From an uncultured Desulfobacter sp. (GTDB lineage: Bacteria > Desulfobacterota > Desulfobacteria > Desulfobacterales > Desulfobacteraceae): DNA of 64,000 nt. Made by a program: the position numbers and the translations under genes. This document shows, piece after piece, positions 39,324 to 49,016 of the stretch; positions within the stretch are counted from its first letter, which is position 1, and every line of letters starts with the position of its first letter. The notes under the pieces were generated by a model. It ran no database searches. It was given only the letters and a program-made list of their open reading frames with translations, and was not told the DNA's origin. The DNA lies in contig OY762069.1 in assembly GCA_963665095.1 (NCBI GenBank), positions 5,248,001-5,312,000 on the forward strand, given 5' to 3'.

Positions 39324-40403
39324 TTAATCCCCAAACACCCGTTTTGTGCGAACATGATTCACCATGATCTGGCCTGCTTTCAATGTCAACAATCCTGTAG
39401 TGCTTCTTTGGCGGTGCTTTACTTTATATTCTCCCGGTGTAAGTTCCAGGCCATATATCCCGTTTTCGTCACTTGTTACATGAATCTGTTTTGAACCATC
39501 CTGCGGCTGTATCGTGAGATCGGCTCCTGGGATCACTTTGCTGATTCCATGTGCCGGTTTTCTTTTTCCCCCCTGTACCGGGGAGTACACCAGTCCGCAA
39601 ACCCGGGCAAAAGAGCCGTTTGCTGATGTTTCAAGTTTTATATCGTTAATTATGATCCGGGGCTCGCCGTTATATTTCTTGATTTGAATGTCGGGAGCAT
39701 ACCCCTGCTGATAGACAGTGATCACAAACCAGGTTCCCGGGGTTGATGAAAACAAGGGCAGTGAATAAGATCCATCCGGCAGGGAAGAGGTCGAAGATGT
39801 TTCCATCCCGTTAAATATTTCTATATTGATACCGGAGTGATTTTTTTCCCCTTTGAATTGTACTTTTCCCATAATATCAGCTTTTTTTTCTGCCATGATT
39901 TCCTGAAGATGATCCTTGGCATATTTGGCAAAGCGCCGGGGAAACTGTTGGTGAAAATCATCCCATACTGTCTGGAAAACTAATAACGCCTCTGAATATT
40001 TCCCTGTCTTTTTTAAGATGATTCCTTGTTTCAGCCGCAGCCTTGCTGTGATTTCTGGCGAAAGTGAATGATTCTGCCGGTGTAAAAAATCCGCAATCAG
40101 GGAAGATGCCTGATCTCCCTGGCCACTCAATAAAAGACAATCCGATGTAAGATCAACGAGATCCGCTGCCAACGCAGGATCTTCAAAAAAGATATTTTTC
40201 CCGCATCCTGGCTTCAGCGCTTTAAGTCCCCCTGATGCACACCCTGAGTAATTCCGGTTGTCGTAAAGCTGCTTTAGCTTATTAAACTGAGCCCTGAACT
40301 CGGAAGAGGGCGAACCCGTGTGAGTTGTTGGGGCACAGGCTGACAGAAAAAAGTATGCCCCCAAAAATATAGGTATGATCTTATTTCCTGTCGGGCAAAG
40401 CAT
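39324..40403 (-). CDS. Putative lipoprotein with TPR-like helices and beta-sandwich domains
   Basis: Lipobox FLSAC; helical LKQGIILKKTGKYSEA segment; TSDENGIY.LEL.PGEYKV carboxypeptidase-regulatory-like pattern. Confidence 0.72.
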   Translation of the reverse strand: MLCPTGNKIIPIFLGAYFFLSACAPTTHTGSPSSEFRAQFNKLKQLYDNRNYSGCASGGLKALKPGCGKNIFFEDPALAADLVDLTSDCLLLSGQGDQASSLIADFLHRQNHSLSPEITARLRLKQGIILKKTGKYSEALLVFQTVWDDFHQQFPRRFAKYAKDHLQEIMAEKKADIMGKVQFKGEKNHSGINIEIFNGMETSSTSSLPDGSYSLPLFSSTPGTWFVITVYQQGYAPDIQIKKYNGEPRIIINDIKLETSANGSFARVCGLVYSPVQGGKRKPAHGISKVIPGADLTIQPQDGSKQIHVTSDENGIYGLELTPGEYKVKHRQRSTTGLLTLKAGQIMVNHVRTKRVFGD

Positions 40404-40718
40404 AATTGCCTCCGTTTAAACTTGTTTGTATATTTTGGAATTCTCAATCTTTCATTTTTCAGAAGAGATACACACCTTTTATCATATTCCCAATCGGAAT
40501 ACCAACCACGGGAAAGAATTATTCAGGGGACCTTCCCATCAAAGAAATTCATTTAGTCTCCACTAATCTTTACCCATCGTGCTCTTAATTTTGCTGTTTT
40601 TATGCTTTAAAAAACGAAATATAGTCTGGATATTGTCGCATGCTGTCTTTATCTTGAATAAGAGGGGCCGAGGTACTACCTTGCCTGTCTGACTGAAAAA
40701 GATTGAAGGAGACAAGTT

Positions 40719-41147
40719 GTGTTTGACTGCCCCGATTATCTGGAAAGGTTATAAACGGGCCAACCTGTTGCAAATCCCTTTCTGGATTTTATGGGAATCC
40801 AGCTTGAAGAACTTCGAAACGGCTATGCCAGATTCAGTATGGAGGTCCGGCCGGAATTTCTGCAGGGTGCGGGCATTATGCAGGGGGGGGGGCTTTCCAT
40901 TGCTCTTTCCAGTGAAACTGCTGCCCATACGGTGATGACCACCCTGGCTGAAGGTGAAAATCTGACCACCATTGAGTTGAAAAATAATTTTCTGTCCATG
41001 GTTTCAAAAGGGTTCCTGATTGCGGAATCAACTGTCTATAAACGCGGTCGTCAGATCGTCATTGTTGACTTTTTTGTACGAAGCGACCAGGGAAAGGAAA
41101 TTTCAAAAAGCAGTGCAGCCATCATGGTGATCCCGAGCCTGAAATAG
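40719..41147 (+). pseudogene. PaaI-family thioesterase with a premature stop
   Basis: GAAGGAGA RBS, GTG 40719, MFDCPDYLERL*TGQPVANPFLDFMGI in frame with the hotdog fold; TAA at 40752-40754. Confidence 0.75.
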
Positions 41148-43146
41148 CTGTTTTATTTGAGTGGACAGGGAGTTTAATAATAAACGTGGCTCCTTTTCCC
41201 GGTTCAGACATGACATCCATTGACCCTTTATGGATTTCAGTGATGATAAAGTAGGAGACAGACAGCCCGAGCCCTGTACCAACCCCGACCGGTTTTGTGG
41301 TAAAGAAGGGGTCAAAGACTTTTGAACGGATCTTTTCATCCATGCCCGGCCCATTATCCTCGATTTCAATATGGACCATTTCAGGCGCCCCTTTGGTATA
41401 AATTCTGAGTGTGAATCTGGGCGATTGCGTTTTTGCCATCTGCATGGCCTGGGCCCCGTTTCTAAGGATATTCAGCAGCACCTGCTGAATCTTGGCACCT
41501 TCGCAGGGAAGCATCGGCAGATCATTGGCATACTCTTTTATAATTTCAATTGATTTAAAATCATACTGTTTTTTAAGATCATATTCCATGGCTGCCATGT
41601 CAAGGATCTTGTCCATCAGCTCATCAGGGTAGTGGGAGGAGAAGCCGATGGCATCTGATTTTCGTGCAAAGCTGAGCATACTGTTAACTATGTCAACCAT
41701 GCGCGCTCCTGATTCCTGCATGCCGTCAATCATGCGGAAAATACCCCTTTTATCCATGAATGCGGTGATATCTTTCATGGAAAGGCCAAGTTCCCCGGCG
41801 GCTTTTAAATTGGCCGGCATATTGCAATCTTCAAGCCGGGACTTTATAACGTTGGCACTTTGTACCATTCCGGCCAGGGGGTTGTTGATCTCATGCGCCA
41901 TGCCTGCAGCCAGGCCACCCACAGAGGTCATTTTTTCAGTCTGGATCATGATTTCATCAATCCTGACCCGATCTGTCACATCCTCATACATGATCATGAT
42001 CCCGTGTACATCGTTCTGGGCATCAAACAGCGGCACCCGTGTCGTATCCAGCCAGACTTCATTGCCCAGAGCATCAAGGCTTGAATGTCTTTCATGAAGA
42101 ATACTTTTTCCGCCCTTCAGAATTTTAAGATCTGTGTTATGAAATTTCTCATTCGCCCAGGTCTGGAGACCCTTGCCCTGTGACCCAACCAGATCCGCGA
42201 AAGTTTCAGCCCCGGCCATCCTGGTATAATTCTGGTTGCACCCGAGATAGGCAAGCTGCTTGTCTTTCCAGCAGATGGCCTGGGGAATTGTGTCCAGAAC
42301 CGTTTGCAGCATTCTTCGGGACTCCTGAAGCGCCTGGGCCATCCGCTCCTTTCCCCAGGCCCCATATCCCCAGGCTCCCAGAAAAATGAATGCGGCAATG
42401 GTCACAATGGTCATGGCAAGATTTATTCTTCTGATTTCCGCACCCGCACCAGTCTGCTCCAGAATTTCAGGCAATGGCACTGACAGTCCGATACTCCAGG
42501 TATATTCTCCTACTTTAACAGGGGTCCAGGCAGCAATTTCTTTTCCCTTTTCCGGTAACCAGATATACCAGCCCACACCTTCCCGGGAATTGCCAACCGC
42601 CGCGGACATCTCTTCAAAATGACTGGCACCTTTTTTTTTCTGGATATCAAATATCTGATCCATGCTCTTCCCTCTGTACTCATTGGGGAAATCTTCACTT
42701 AGATCAAATACCACATGGCTGGGTGCATAAATCCATGCATCACCGCTTTTTAATAACTTTATGGGCTTGATGAACAGCTTAAAAATATTCTGTTCAATTG
42801 TGGTGAGATCACTGACGTTATGAAAGTCCACCTGATCCTGGAGATACAGGTTGATGCTGCGTGCCGCGACCCGGACAATTTCAAGTTCTGCTTTTTGATA
42901 TCCGGGAATGATTGCCCGGGTCAGGGAACTGGCCTGTTCATTGGCAACAACCCATCCCAAAATCAGCAATAAAATAACAAAAACAGGCATTACTAAATTG
43001 AATGCCAACCTGTTTTTCCATGTCGAAAAACGAACCGTATCGACAAAATTCTGATCCAAAACCAACGATCCCTTCTGTACAAATGACTTCAAATTTCTAA
43101 TCACGCAAACGTACACCATACCCCTTTTCTGTATAGTGTCAAGCAA
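41122..43146 (-). CDS. Orphan sensor histidine kinase (Cache-like, PAS, NtrB-type)
   Basis: GMAHEINNPL, NILRNGAQAM, DNGPG, PFFTTK, GTGLGL; true start probably downstream of 43146. Confidence 0.88.
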   Translation of the reverse strand: MLDTIQKRGMVYVCVIRNLKSFVQKGSLVLDQNFVDTVRFSTWKNRLAFNLVMPVFVILLLILGWVVANEQASSLTRAIIPGYQKAELEIVRVAARSINLYLQDQVDFHNVSDLTTIEQNIFKLFIKPIKLLKSGDAWIYAPSHVVFDLSEDFPNEYRGKSMDQIFDIQKKKGASHFEEMSAAVGNSREGVGWYIWLPEKGKEIAAWTPVKVGEYTWSIGLSVPLPEILEQTGAGAEIRRINLAMTIVTIAAFIFLGAWGYGAWGKERMAQALQESRRMLQTVLDTIPQAICWKDKQLAYLGCNQNYTRMAGAETFADLVGSQGKGLQTWANEKFHNTDLKILKGGKSILHERHSSLDALGNEVWLDTTRVPLFDAQNDVHGIMIMYEDVTDRVRIDEIMIQTEKMTSVGGLAAGMAHEINNPLAGMVQSANVIKSRLEDCNMPANLKAAGELGLSMKDITAFMDKRGIFRMIDGMQESGARMVDIVNSMLSFARKSDAIGFSSHYPDELMDKILDMAAMEYDLKKQYDFKSIEIIKEYANDLPMLPCEGAKIQQVLLNILRNGAQAMQMAKTQSPRFTLRIYTKGAPEMVHIEIEDNGPGMDEKIRSKVFDPFFTTKPVGVGTGLGLSVSYFIITEIHKGSMDVMSEPGKGATFIIKLPVHSNKTAISGSGSP

Positions 43147-43274
43147 GTTGTGAATTTTTGCATCTTTTCAAATTCCTTGACATTTCACTGTTTCGGCGCA
43201 TACCCTGAATGATCTTGAAACGATCCGCTTGACGACCGGGTTGCCCAACGGAGTCTTACCCAAAGGAAAAATGA

Positions 43275-43889
43275 ATGTCAGCTACCCCTGAACTGGAAGC
43301 CATCCGGAAAAAACAGATTCTGGAGGCAGGGCTTATCACCATATCTGAAAAAGGCATTGCCAAAACCACCATAGATGACGTGTGCAGGACCGCAGGGCTG
43401 TCCAAAGGCGGGCTGGTTTATTATTTCCGGTCTAAGGATGTGCTGTTCAGCGCGGTTTTTCAGGAATTTTTCGAGCGGCTCTTCCAAAAGGGGAAAAAAC
43501 TGATGGAAGAGGTGGAAGGCCCTTTGGAGCAGATTCTATCCTTTGGGTGGCTCTATGATGAAAGCGATGATGACGTTTACAAGGGCTATCCGTTGCTTCT
43601 GGACCTGCTGGCCAAGGCTGCCTTTGACGAGGAGTGCAGGGTGCTGATCCAGGCGTGGATCCAGAACTGGGTAGTCCTTCTGACTGCCCCCCTGGAAAGA
43701 GGGATTGCTGAAAATATTTTTAACCCCATGGATGTGCCCCAGGTGGCACAGTCGATTTCTGCTGTCTACCAGGGAGTGGCCACCCGCTGGTATTTAGGCG
43801 GAGAGAGCCATACCAGCCAGTGGGCCATAGAGACTTTCAATGCCGGCATTATGGGTGTTCTTGATCCCTATATTGTCCGTCCCGCCTGA
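43275..43889 (+). CDS. TetR/AcrR-family transcriptional regulator
   Basis: TTIDDVCRTAGLSKGGLVYYFRSKDVL HTH. Confidence 0.93.
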   Translation: MSATPELEAIRKKQILEAGLITISEKGIAKTTIDDVCRTAGLSKGGLVYYFRSKDVLFSAVFQEFFERLFQKGKKLMEEVEGPLEQILSFGWLYDESDDDVYKGYPLLLDLLAKAAFDEECRVLIQAWIQNWVVLLTAPLERGIAENIFNPMDVPQVAQSISAVYQGVATRWYLGGESHTSQWAIETFNAGIMGVLDPYIVRPA

Positions 43890-44010
43890 ATCTTTTCCTT
43901 TAAAAAAAATTCTGACAAGTTAACTGCCTGGATCTCTTTGTCCAATGGGCGTTCTGTGTCCAGCTGGAATTTAAGTTAACGTCTGAAGTTAATTTTTTCA
44001 AAAAAACTTG

Positions 44011-44121
44011 TTGACTTTCTGAATGACATTCATGATTATACTGATTAGTCGAAATAAAAACTTATCAGTCGGTAATAAAAATACCGGTGTAAATACCCCT
44101 TGAACTCAAGCGGTTACCGAC
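44011..44121 (+). promoter_or_regulatory. Promoter/operator region of the SCP2-DUF2148 operon
   Basis: TTGACT 44011, TATACT 44037, palindrome TGAATG-A-CATTCA 44020-44032, related sites ACTGATTAGTCG (44040) and ACTTATCAGTCGGTAA (44060), inverted TTACCGAC (44114). Confidence 0.5.
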
Positions 44122-44240
44122 AGCACACCTCTTACGCTCTTCTCATGCACCGGCCCCCAGCGGTATATTGGCGAAAAGCCTTTGCATATCATTTCACCCG
44201 GGGTGCACCTGCGCCTCACACATCCATGAAAGGAGTTGTT

Positions 44241-44645
44241 ATGCCGATTTTTGAGTCCAAGGAAAAAATGCAAGAGGTATTAGGGGGATTGTTCCGTATT
44301 CTTCTGGAAGATCCGGATGCCGGTCCTAAGTTTGCCGCTGCCGGAATTACCATCAAGTTTGAAATCACCGATCCGGATGCCAGCCTCTTCATTACCCCCG
44401 GGGACGGCAAAAAAGGGGAGGTTCTCTGGGGAAAACAGGAGATTGATCCCACCATTGTCATGAGTCTTTCCGGGGATACATGCCACAAGTTCTGGCTCAA
44501 GCAGATCGCCATGCCCATTGCCCTGGCCAAAGGGCTGATCAAAGCCAAGGGCCCCATGCCCAAGGTCCTCAAGCTTCTTCCCATTTTAACGCCTGCTTAT
44601 GCGGCCTACCCGGACTGGGCCCAGTCCCAGGGAATGCCGGTTTAA
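44241..44645 (+). CDS. Stand-alone SCP2 (sterol carrier / lipid-binding) domain protein
   Basis: 134 aa; FW....PIALAKGLIKAKGPMPKVLKL SCP2-type C-terminus; ATG 44241 after AAAGGAG. Confidence 0.82.
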   Translation: MPIFESKEKMQEVLGGLFRILLEDPDAGPKFAAAGITIKFEITDPDASLFITPGDGKKGEVLWGKQEIDPTIVMSLSGDTCHKFWLKQIAMPIALAKGLIKAKGPMPKVLKLLPILTPAYAAYPDWAQSQGMPV

Positions 44646-44693
44646 GCGTTCGCCGTTTCACCTTTTACGATTAAAATTTAGGGAGAATCTCTT

Positions 44694-45368
44694 ATGGAAA
44701 GAAGTATCCGTCAGTATGAAACTGACCGGGCCGAAGCAGCCAAGACCGCCGCCCGCCTGATTCTGGCGTCAGGCACCACCACCCCGAGGGTGGGCGGGGT
44801 TGGCGAATGCACCATTCACATCTTTGACGATGCCTGCGATATCGAGGATATCTGCCAGGAGATGGAAAAGATGGCGGAAATCAAAAAATCCTGGAAATTT
44901 TTCAACCGGGATGCCGCCATGCTCCGGGATGCGGATGTACTGCTGGTTACCACGTCGCTTCGCTGTCTCAGTGACCCGGCAGACATCAACTGCAATCTTT
45001 GCGGCAAACTGGTCTGCGAATATCTCAAAGAAGAAGAAAAACTGTCCAAAAAAGATCCTGAAGTGGCCTTTACAGGCCCTCTTTGCACCTTCCGCGCCAC
45101 CAACATCGCCTTTGCCCTGGACGGCATGGTGAACCAGGCAAGAAACCTTGGCGTTGATTACGGGGCATACTGGTCTGCGGGCCTGGCTGCCATGCGCATG
45201 GGACTGTTGCCCAAAGACACAGGATTTGCCCTGGGCCTTGGTATCTCCATCACGGAAAAAAGCCCTTTCCGGGATATCCCCAAAAACTATGCCGATATCA
45301 ACCAGCGTTCCATGAACGACCGGATGATCAACCGGCTGTGGCCCCAGTTCAGGTCCATTTATTCCTAA
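44694..45368 (+). CDS. DUF2148-type Fe-S protein, paralog A
   Basis: TTPRVGG, FNRDA, CNLCGKLVC...GPLC, EKSPFRD. Confidence 0.72.
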   Translation: MERSIRQYETDRAEAAKTAARLILASGTTTPRVGGVGECTIHIFDDACDIEDICQEMEKMAEIKKSWKFFNRDAAMLRDADVLLVTTSLRCLSDPADINCNLCGKLVCEYLKEEEKLSKKDPEVAFTGPLCTFRATNIAFALDGMVNQARNLGVDYGAYWSAGLAAMRMGLLPKDTGFALGLGISITEKSPFRDIPKNYADINQRSMNDRMINRLWPQFRSIYS

Positions 45369-45470
45369 ACAGGCTCTGTCCGGGCCTTTTGGCCCGGGAT
45401 AAAAGGTTACAGCAAACAAAAATAAGTGGATTCCTACGCGCTTTCACAAAAATACTACAAGGAGAAACAC

Positions 45471-46121
45471 ATGAGTATCAGAGATATGCAGGATCTGGTG
45501 GACCAGGGTTTTACCAGATCCCTTGAACTCATCGCCCTTGCCGCCCATAATTCCTTTCGGTTTAATAATCGCAACTCTGTGAAAATGGTCATGGTCCAGG
45601 ACGAGGATCTGGAGCAGATTGCAGAGTACTGCTTCTCATTAGGAGATATGTCCCCATTGTCCGCCCGGGACGGCCGAAACCTGGTTCAAATGGTCAAAGA
45701 ACCCTTTGCCCTTCTTCTGTTAGGCGACAAGCGAAAATCGGATTTCAACTATAACTGCGGGGCCTGCGGGTACAAAACCTGTGCCGAACTCAACAAGGCC
45801 GAAGAGGTGGAATCCCTTACTGCCAACGGCCCCTCCTGTATTTTCAAAAACATCAATTTAGGCATTGCCGCCAATGCGGCGGCCTCTTCCGCCCATGCCA
45901 TGGGCCTTCACTGCCGGGTTTTTTCCACCTTTGCCTTTGCGGCCAAGGCTCTGGAGGTGATTGAGGATGTGGACATCTGTGTCTCCGTGGCCGTGAGCGC
46001 GGCAAAGAAGAATCCCTTTTTCGACCGCCATGAGTACTGGACCAAGGAGCACTGGGAAGACATCTTTGAAAAGGAATTCCCTCCCTATAATCGCGGCTTC
46101 ATCGGCGCGGTGGAAGATTAA
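45471..46121 (+). CDS. DUF2148-type Fe-S protein, paralog B
   Basis: ARDG, CGACGYKTC...GPSC, NLGIA, KNPFFDR; ATG 45471 after AAGGAG. Confidence 0.8.
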   Translation: MSIRDMQDLVDQGFTRSLELIALAAHNSFRFNNRNSVKMVMVQDEDLEQIAEYCFSLGDMSPLSARDGRNLVQMVKEPFALLLLGDKRKSDFNYNCGACGYKTCAELNKAEEVESLTANGPSCIFKNINLGIAANAAASSAHAMGLHCRVFSTFAFAAKALEVIEDVDICVSVAVSAAKKNPFFDRHEYWTKEHWEDIFEKEFPPYNRGFIGAVED

Positions 46122-46136
46122 CGAAAGGAGTCATTC

Positions 46137-47759
46137 ATGGCAGCGAAAACCCATCTCAACCAGGCCATCATCTCCCACTTTCTGGAGCTTAAGGCGGACA
46201 GCAGCCCGGACAAGGAGATCCTGGTCTTTGAAAACTCATCCACAGGACAGGCCGATGAAATCTACACCTACGGCCGGCTCTTTGAGGGCTCCAATAAAAT
46301 CGCCCGGGCCTTTTTGGATAAAGGCCTTGTCAAAGGGGATACCTTTGCCGTGTTCATGCGCAACCATGCGGAATTTGTTCTTTCCATGCTGTCGGGCCCC
46401 ATCATCGGAACCATTATGGTACCCATTGATCCGAGAAGCCGTGGCAAGCGCTTAAAATTTTTACTCACCAACTCCGGGGCCAAGGCCGTGATCGTCTCTT
46501 TAGACTTTCTGCCGGCTTTGACCGAAGTGCTGCCGGATTTGCCCCAGATCAAGCATGTGTTTCTGGTGGCCAAACCGGGAATGGAAAAAGATGTCCCCGG
46601 TGCCAACGATTTCCCCTATCTCAACGAGATCCTGGAACAGGAAAACTGGGAACGGGTGGGCCAGGAGATCATGGATGTGCGCCATCCCTTTCAGATCATC
46701 TACACATCCGGTACCACCGGGGATCCCAAGGGCGTGATGATCCGGAACAACCGGTTCGGCATGTTCACCATTGTCACCCGCCTGGTCTGGAAGTACAGGC
46801 CCTCGGATATCCTGTATACGGGCCTGTCGCTCACCCATGGCAATGCCCAGGCCGTGACCCTTTTTCCGGCGCTGGGCGCAGGGGTCAGGGCCGTGATCTC
46901 GCCCAAGTTCACCAAGTCCCGGATCTGGGATGTATGCCGGGCCCAGGGCTGCACCAGCTTCTCCCTTTTAGGCGGCATGATGTCGGGCATTTTCAATGAA
47001 CCCCCAAAGGCCAATGATTCTGATAATCCGGTAAAAACCGTTATCTCCGCAGGCAGCCCCAGGGCCATCTGGGAAGCCTTTGAAACCCGTTTTGATCTCA
47101 AGGTCCTGGAGTGGTACGGCGCAGTGGAAGGCGGATTTGCCTACAAACCGCCGGGCAAAGGGCCCATTGGCTCATTCGGCAAGCCCCTGCCTGGTCTCAT
47201 GGAGTTCAAAGTCGTGGACGAAAGCGACAATGATGTTCCCAATAACACGCCTGGCGAACTCATCGTCAAGATGAGCAAGGGCGACACCAAGGTGGATTAC
47301 CTGGGCAACAAAGAGGCGTCGGAAAAAAAGACCCGGGGCGGATGGCTGCGCACCGGTGACATAGTCACAAAGGACGACCAGGGCTGGTATTTCTTCTGCC
47401 ACCGCAAAGGCAAGGAGTTGCGGCGTGCCGGTGACTTTATCCAGCCCGACCACATTGAAAAGGTGATCGGCGAACACCCGGATGTCAGTGAGGTGTGCGT
47501 TTACGGGATTCCTGCCGCATCCGGCGCCCCCGGGGAGAGTGATCTTGTGGCAGCCGTGGCACCCTTCAACGGCGGCAAAATTGATCCGGCCGTCATATTT
47601 GAAGCCTGCCGCAACGGCCTTGAGCCCAACTTTGTCCCTTCCTTTCTCCAGGTCAAAGAGACCATTCCCAAGACCATTTCGGAAAAGGCGTTGGACCGGG
47701 TACTCAAAGACGAGTTTACCCCGGATGGAGAAAATGTGTTCTCCATCACAGACTTTTAA
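46137..47759 (+). CDS. AMP-binding acyl-CoA ligase (CaiC-like)
   Basis: YTSGTTGDPKG, LTHGNAQ, KFTKSRIWD, YGAVE, GWLRTGD, IPKTISEK. Confidence 0.88.
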   Translation: MAAKTHLNQAIISHFLELKADSSPDKEILVFENSSTGQADEIYTYGRLFEGSNKIARAFLDKGLVKGDTFAVFMRNHAEFVLSMLSGPIIGTIMVPIDPRSRGKRLKFLLTNSGAKAVIVSLDFLPALTEVLPDLPQIKHVFLVAKPGMEKDVPGANDFPYLNEILEQENWERVGQEIMDVRHPFQIIYTSGTTGDPKGVMIRNNRFGMFTIVTRLVWKYRPSDILYTGLSLTHGNAQAVTLFPALGAGVRAVISPKFTKSRIWDVCRAQGCTSFSLLGGMMSGIFNEPPKANDSDNPVKTVISAGSPRAIWEAFETRFDLKVLEWYGAVEGGFAYKPPGKGPIGSFGKPLPGLMEFKVVDESDNDVPNNTPGELIVKMSKGDTKVDYLGNKEASEKKTRGGWLRTGDIVTKDDQGWYFFCHRKGKELRRAGDFIQPDHIEKVIGEHPDVSEVCVYGIPAASGAPGESDLVAAVAPFNGGKIDPAVIFEACRNGLEPNFVPSFLQVKETIPKTISEKALDRVLKDEFTPDGENVFSITDF

Positions 47760-47783
47760 TAAATTTTCCAAGGAGACCCGCCA

Positions 47784-49007
47784 ATGAAAGGTTATCTGGA
47801 TCTAAATATTGAACTGACCAAAGAGCAGATTAGAATCAAAGAAGAGACCCGCAGGTTTGCCAAGGAGGTTTTACGGCCGGCAAGCCTGGAGTTGGACAAG
47901 ATTGCTGATCCCGCCGAGATGATTGCCAACCCCCTTTTCATGGACACCTTCAGAAAAGGCTATGAACTTGGCTACCACACCATTTTTCTGCCCGATACCT
48001 GGGGGGGATTAAGTTCCGATCCTCTGGAAACCCACATCATTTTTGAGGAGCTTGCCTGGGGATCGGTGGATTATGCCGTGGGCATCGGCGTCTCCTGCTT
48101 CCCGGCCTTTTTTGCCTCCATGGTGCCGGAGCAAAGGCTGATTGACGAGATCATCATGCCCTTCTGCGAAAACACGGACGCCTCATTTATCGGATGCTGG
48201 GGCATTACCGAACCGGACCACGGCACAGATGTACTCGCACCTTTCACCCCGGAATTTTCAGATCCCAACATCAAGGGCCAGGTCACAGCCACTCTGGAGG
48301 GGGATGAATATGTGATCCGGGGCCAGAAGGCGGCCTGGGTCTCCAACGGCACCATTGCCTCCCACTGCCTGCTCTACCCCAACATTGATTCTTCAAAAGG
48401 CCTTGCCGGTGGCGGCATCTGTATTGTGCCTCTGAATCTACCCGGCGTTAAAAGAGGCGCGCCCCTGGACAAGCTGGGCCAGCGGGCCCTGAACCAGGGG
48501 GAGATCTATTTTGACAACGTGCGCATCCCCAAAGATTACATGCTGGTGGGGCCGGATGCCTATGAGGCCATGCTGGACATCACCTTGTCCACGGCCAATG
48601 CCGCCATCGGCACCATGTTTGTGGGCGTGGCCCGTGCGGCCTACGAAGAGGCGCTCAACCATGCCAAGACCCGTATCCAGGGCGGAAAACCCTTGTTCGA
48701 GCACCAGATGATCAAGCACAAGCTGTTTAAAATGTTCATGGATATTGAGGCGGGAAGGGCGCTCTCCCGGGCCGCCATGATCTACAACTACAACAACACC
48801 CCGCCCAAAATTCAATACTCCGTGGCCGCCAAGGTGTTTTGCACCAACATGGCCTATGAGGTCACTTCCGAAGCGGTTCAGATCTTTGGCGGTTCAGGTG
48901 TGAGCAAGGAATACCCGGTTGAAAAATTCTTCCGGGATGCCCGGGCCGGACTCATCGAAGACGGAGCCAATGACAGTCTGATGATCACAGCAGCCCACCA
49001 TTTATAG
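47784..49007 (+). CDS. Acyl-CoA dehydrogenase
   Basis: ITEPDHGTD, GQKAWVSNG, KLGQR, RIQGGKPL, QIFGGSG, EKFFRDAR. Confidence 0.93.
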   Translation: MKGYLDLNIELTKEQIRIKEETRRFAKEVLRPASLELDKIADPAEMIANPLFMDTFRKGYELGYHTIFLPDTWGGLSSDPLETHIIFEELAWGSVDYAVGIGVSCFPAFFASMVPEQRLIDEIIMPFCENTDASFIGCWGITEPDHGTDVLAPFTPEFSDPNIKGQVTATLEGDEYVIRGQKAAWVSNGTIASHCLLYPNIDSSKGLAGGGICIVPLNLPGVKRGAPLDKLGQRALNQGEIYFDNVRIPKDYMLVGPDAYEAMLDITLSTANAAIGTMFVGVARAAYEEALNHAKTRIQGGKPLFEHQMIKHKLFKMFMDIEAGRALSRAAMIYNYNNTPPKIQYSVAAKVFCTNMAYEVTSEAVQIFGGSGVSKEYPVEKFFRDARAGLIEDGANDSLMITAAHHL

Positions 49008-49016
49008 GAGGATTTT

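Noticed and set aside
44068..44121. c-di-GMP-I riboswitch (ends in GCGGTTACCGA)
   Set aside because: Lacks the GCAAA / GNRA / GACGCAAAG core; treated as operator or leader instead
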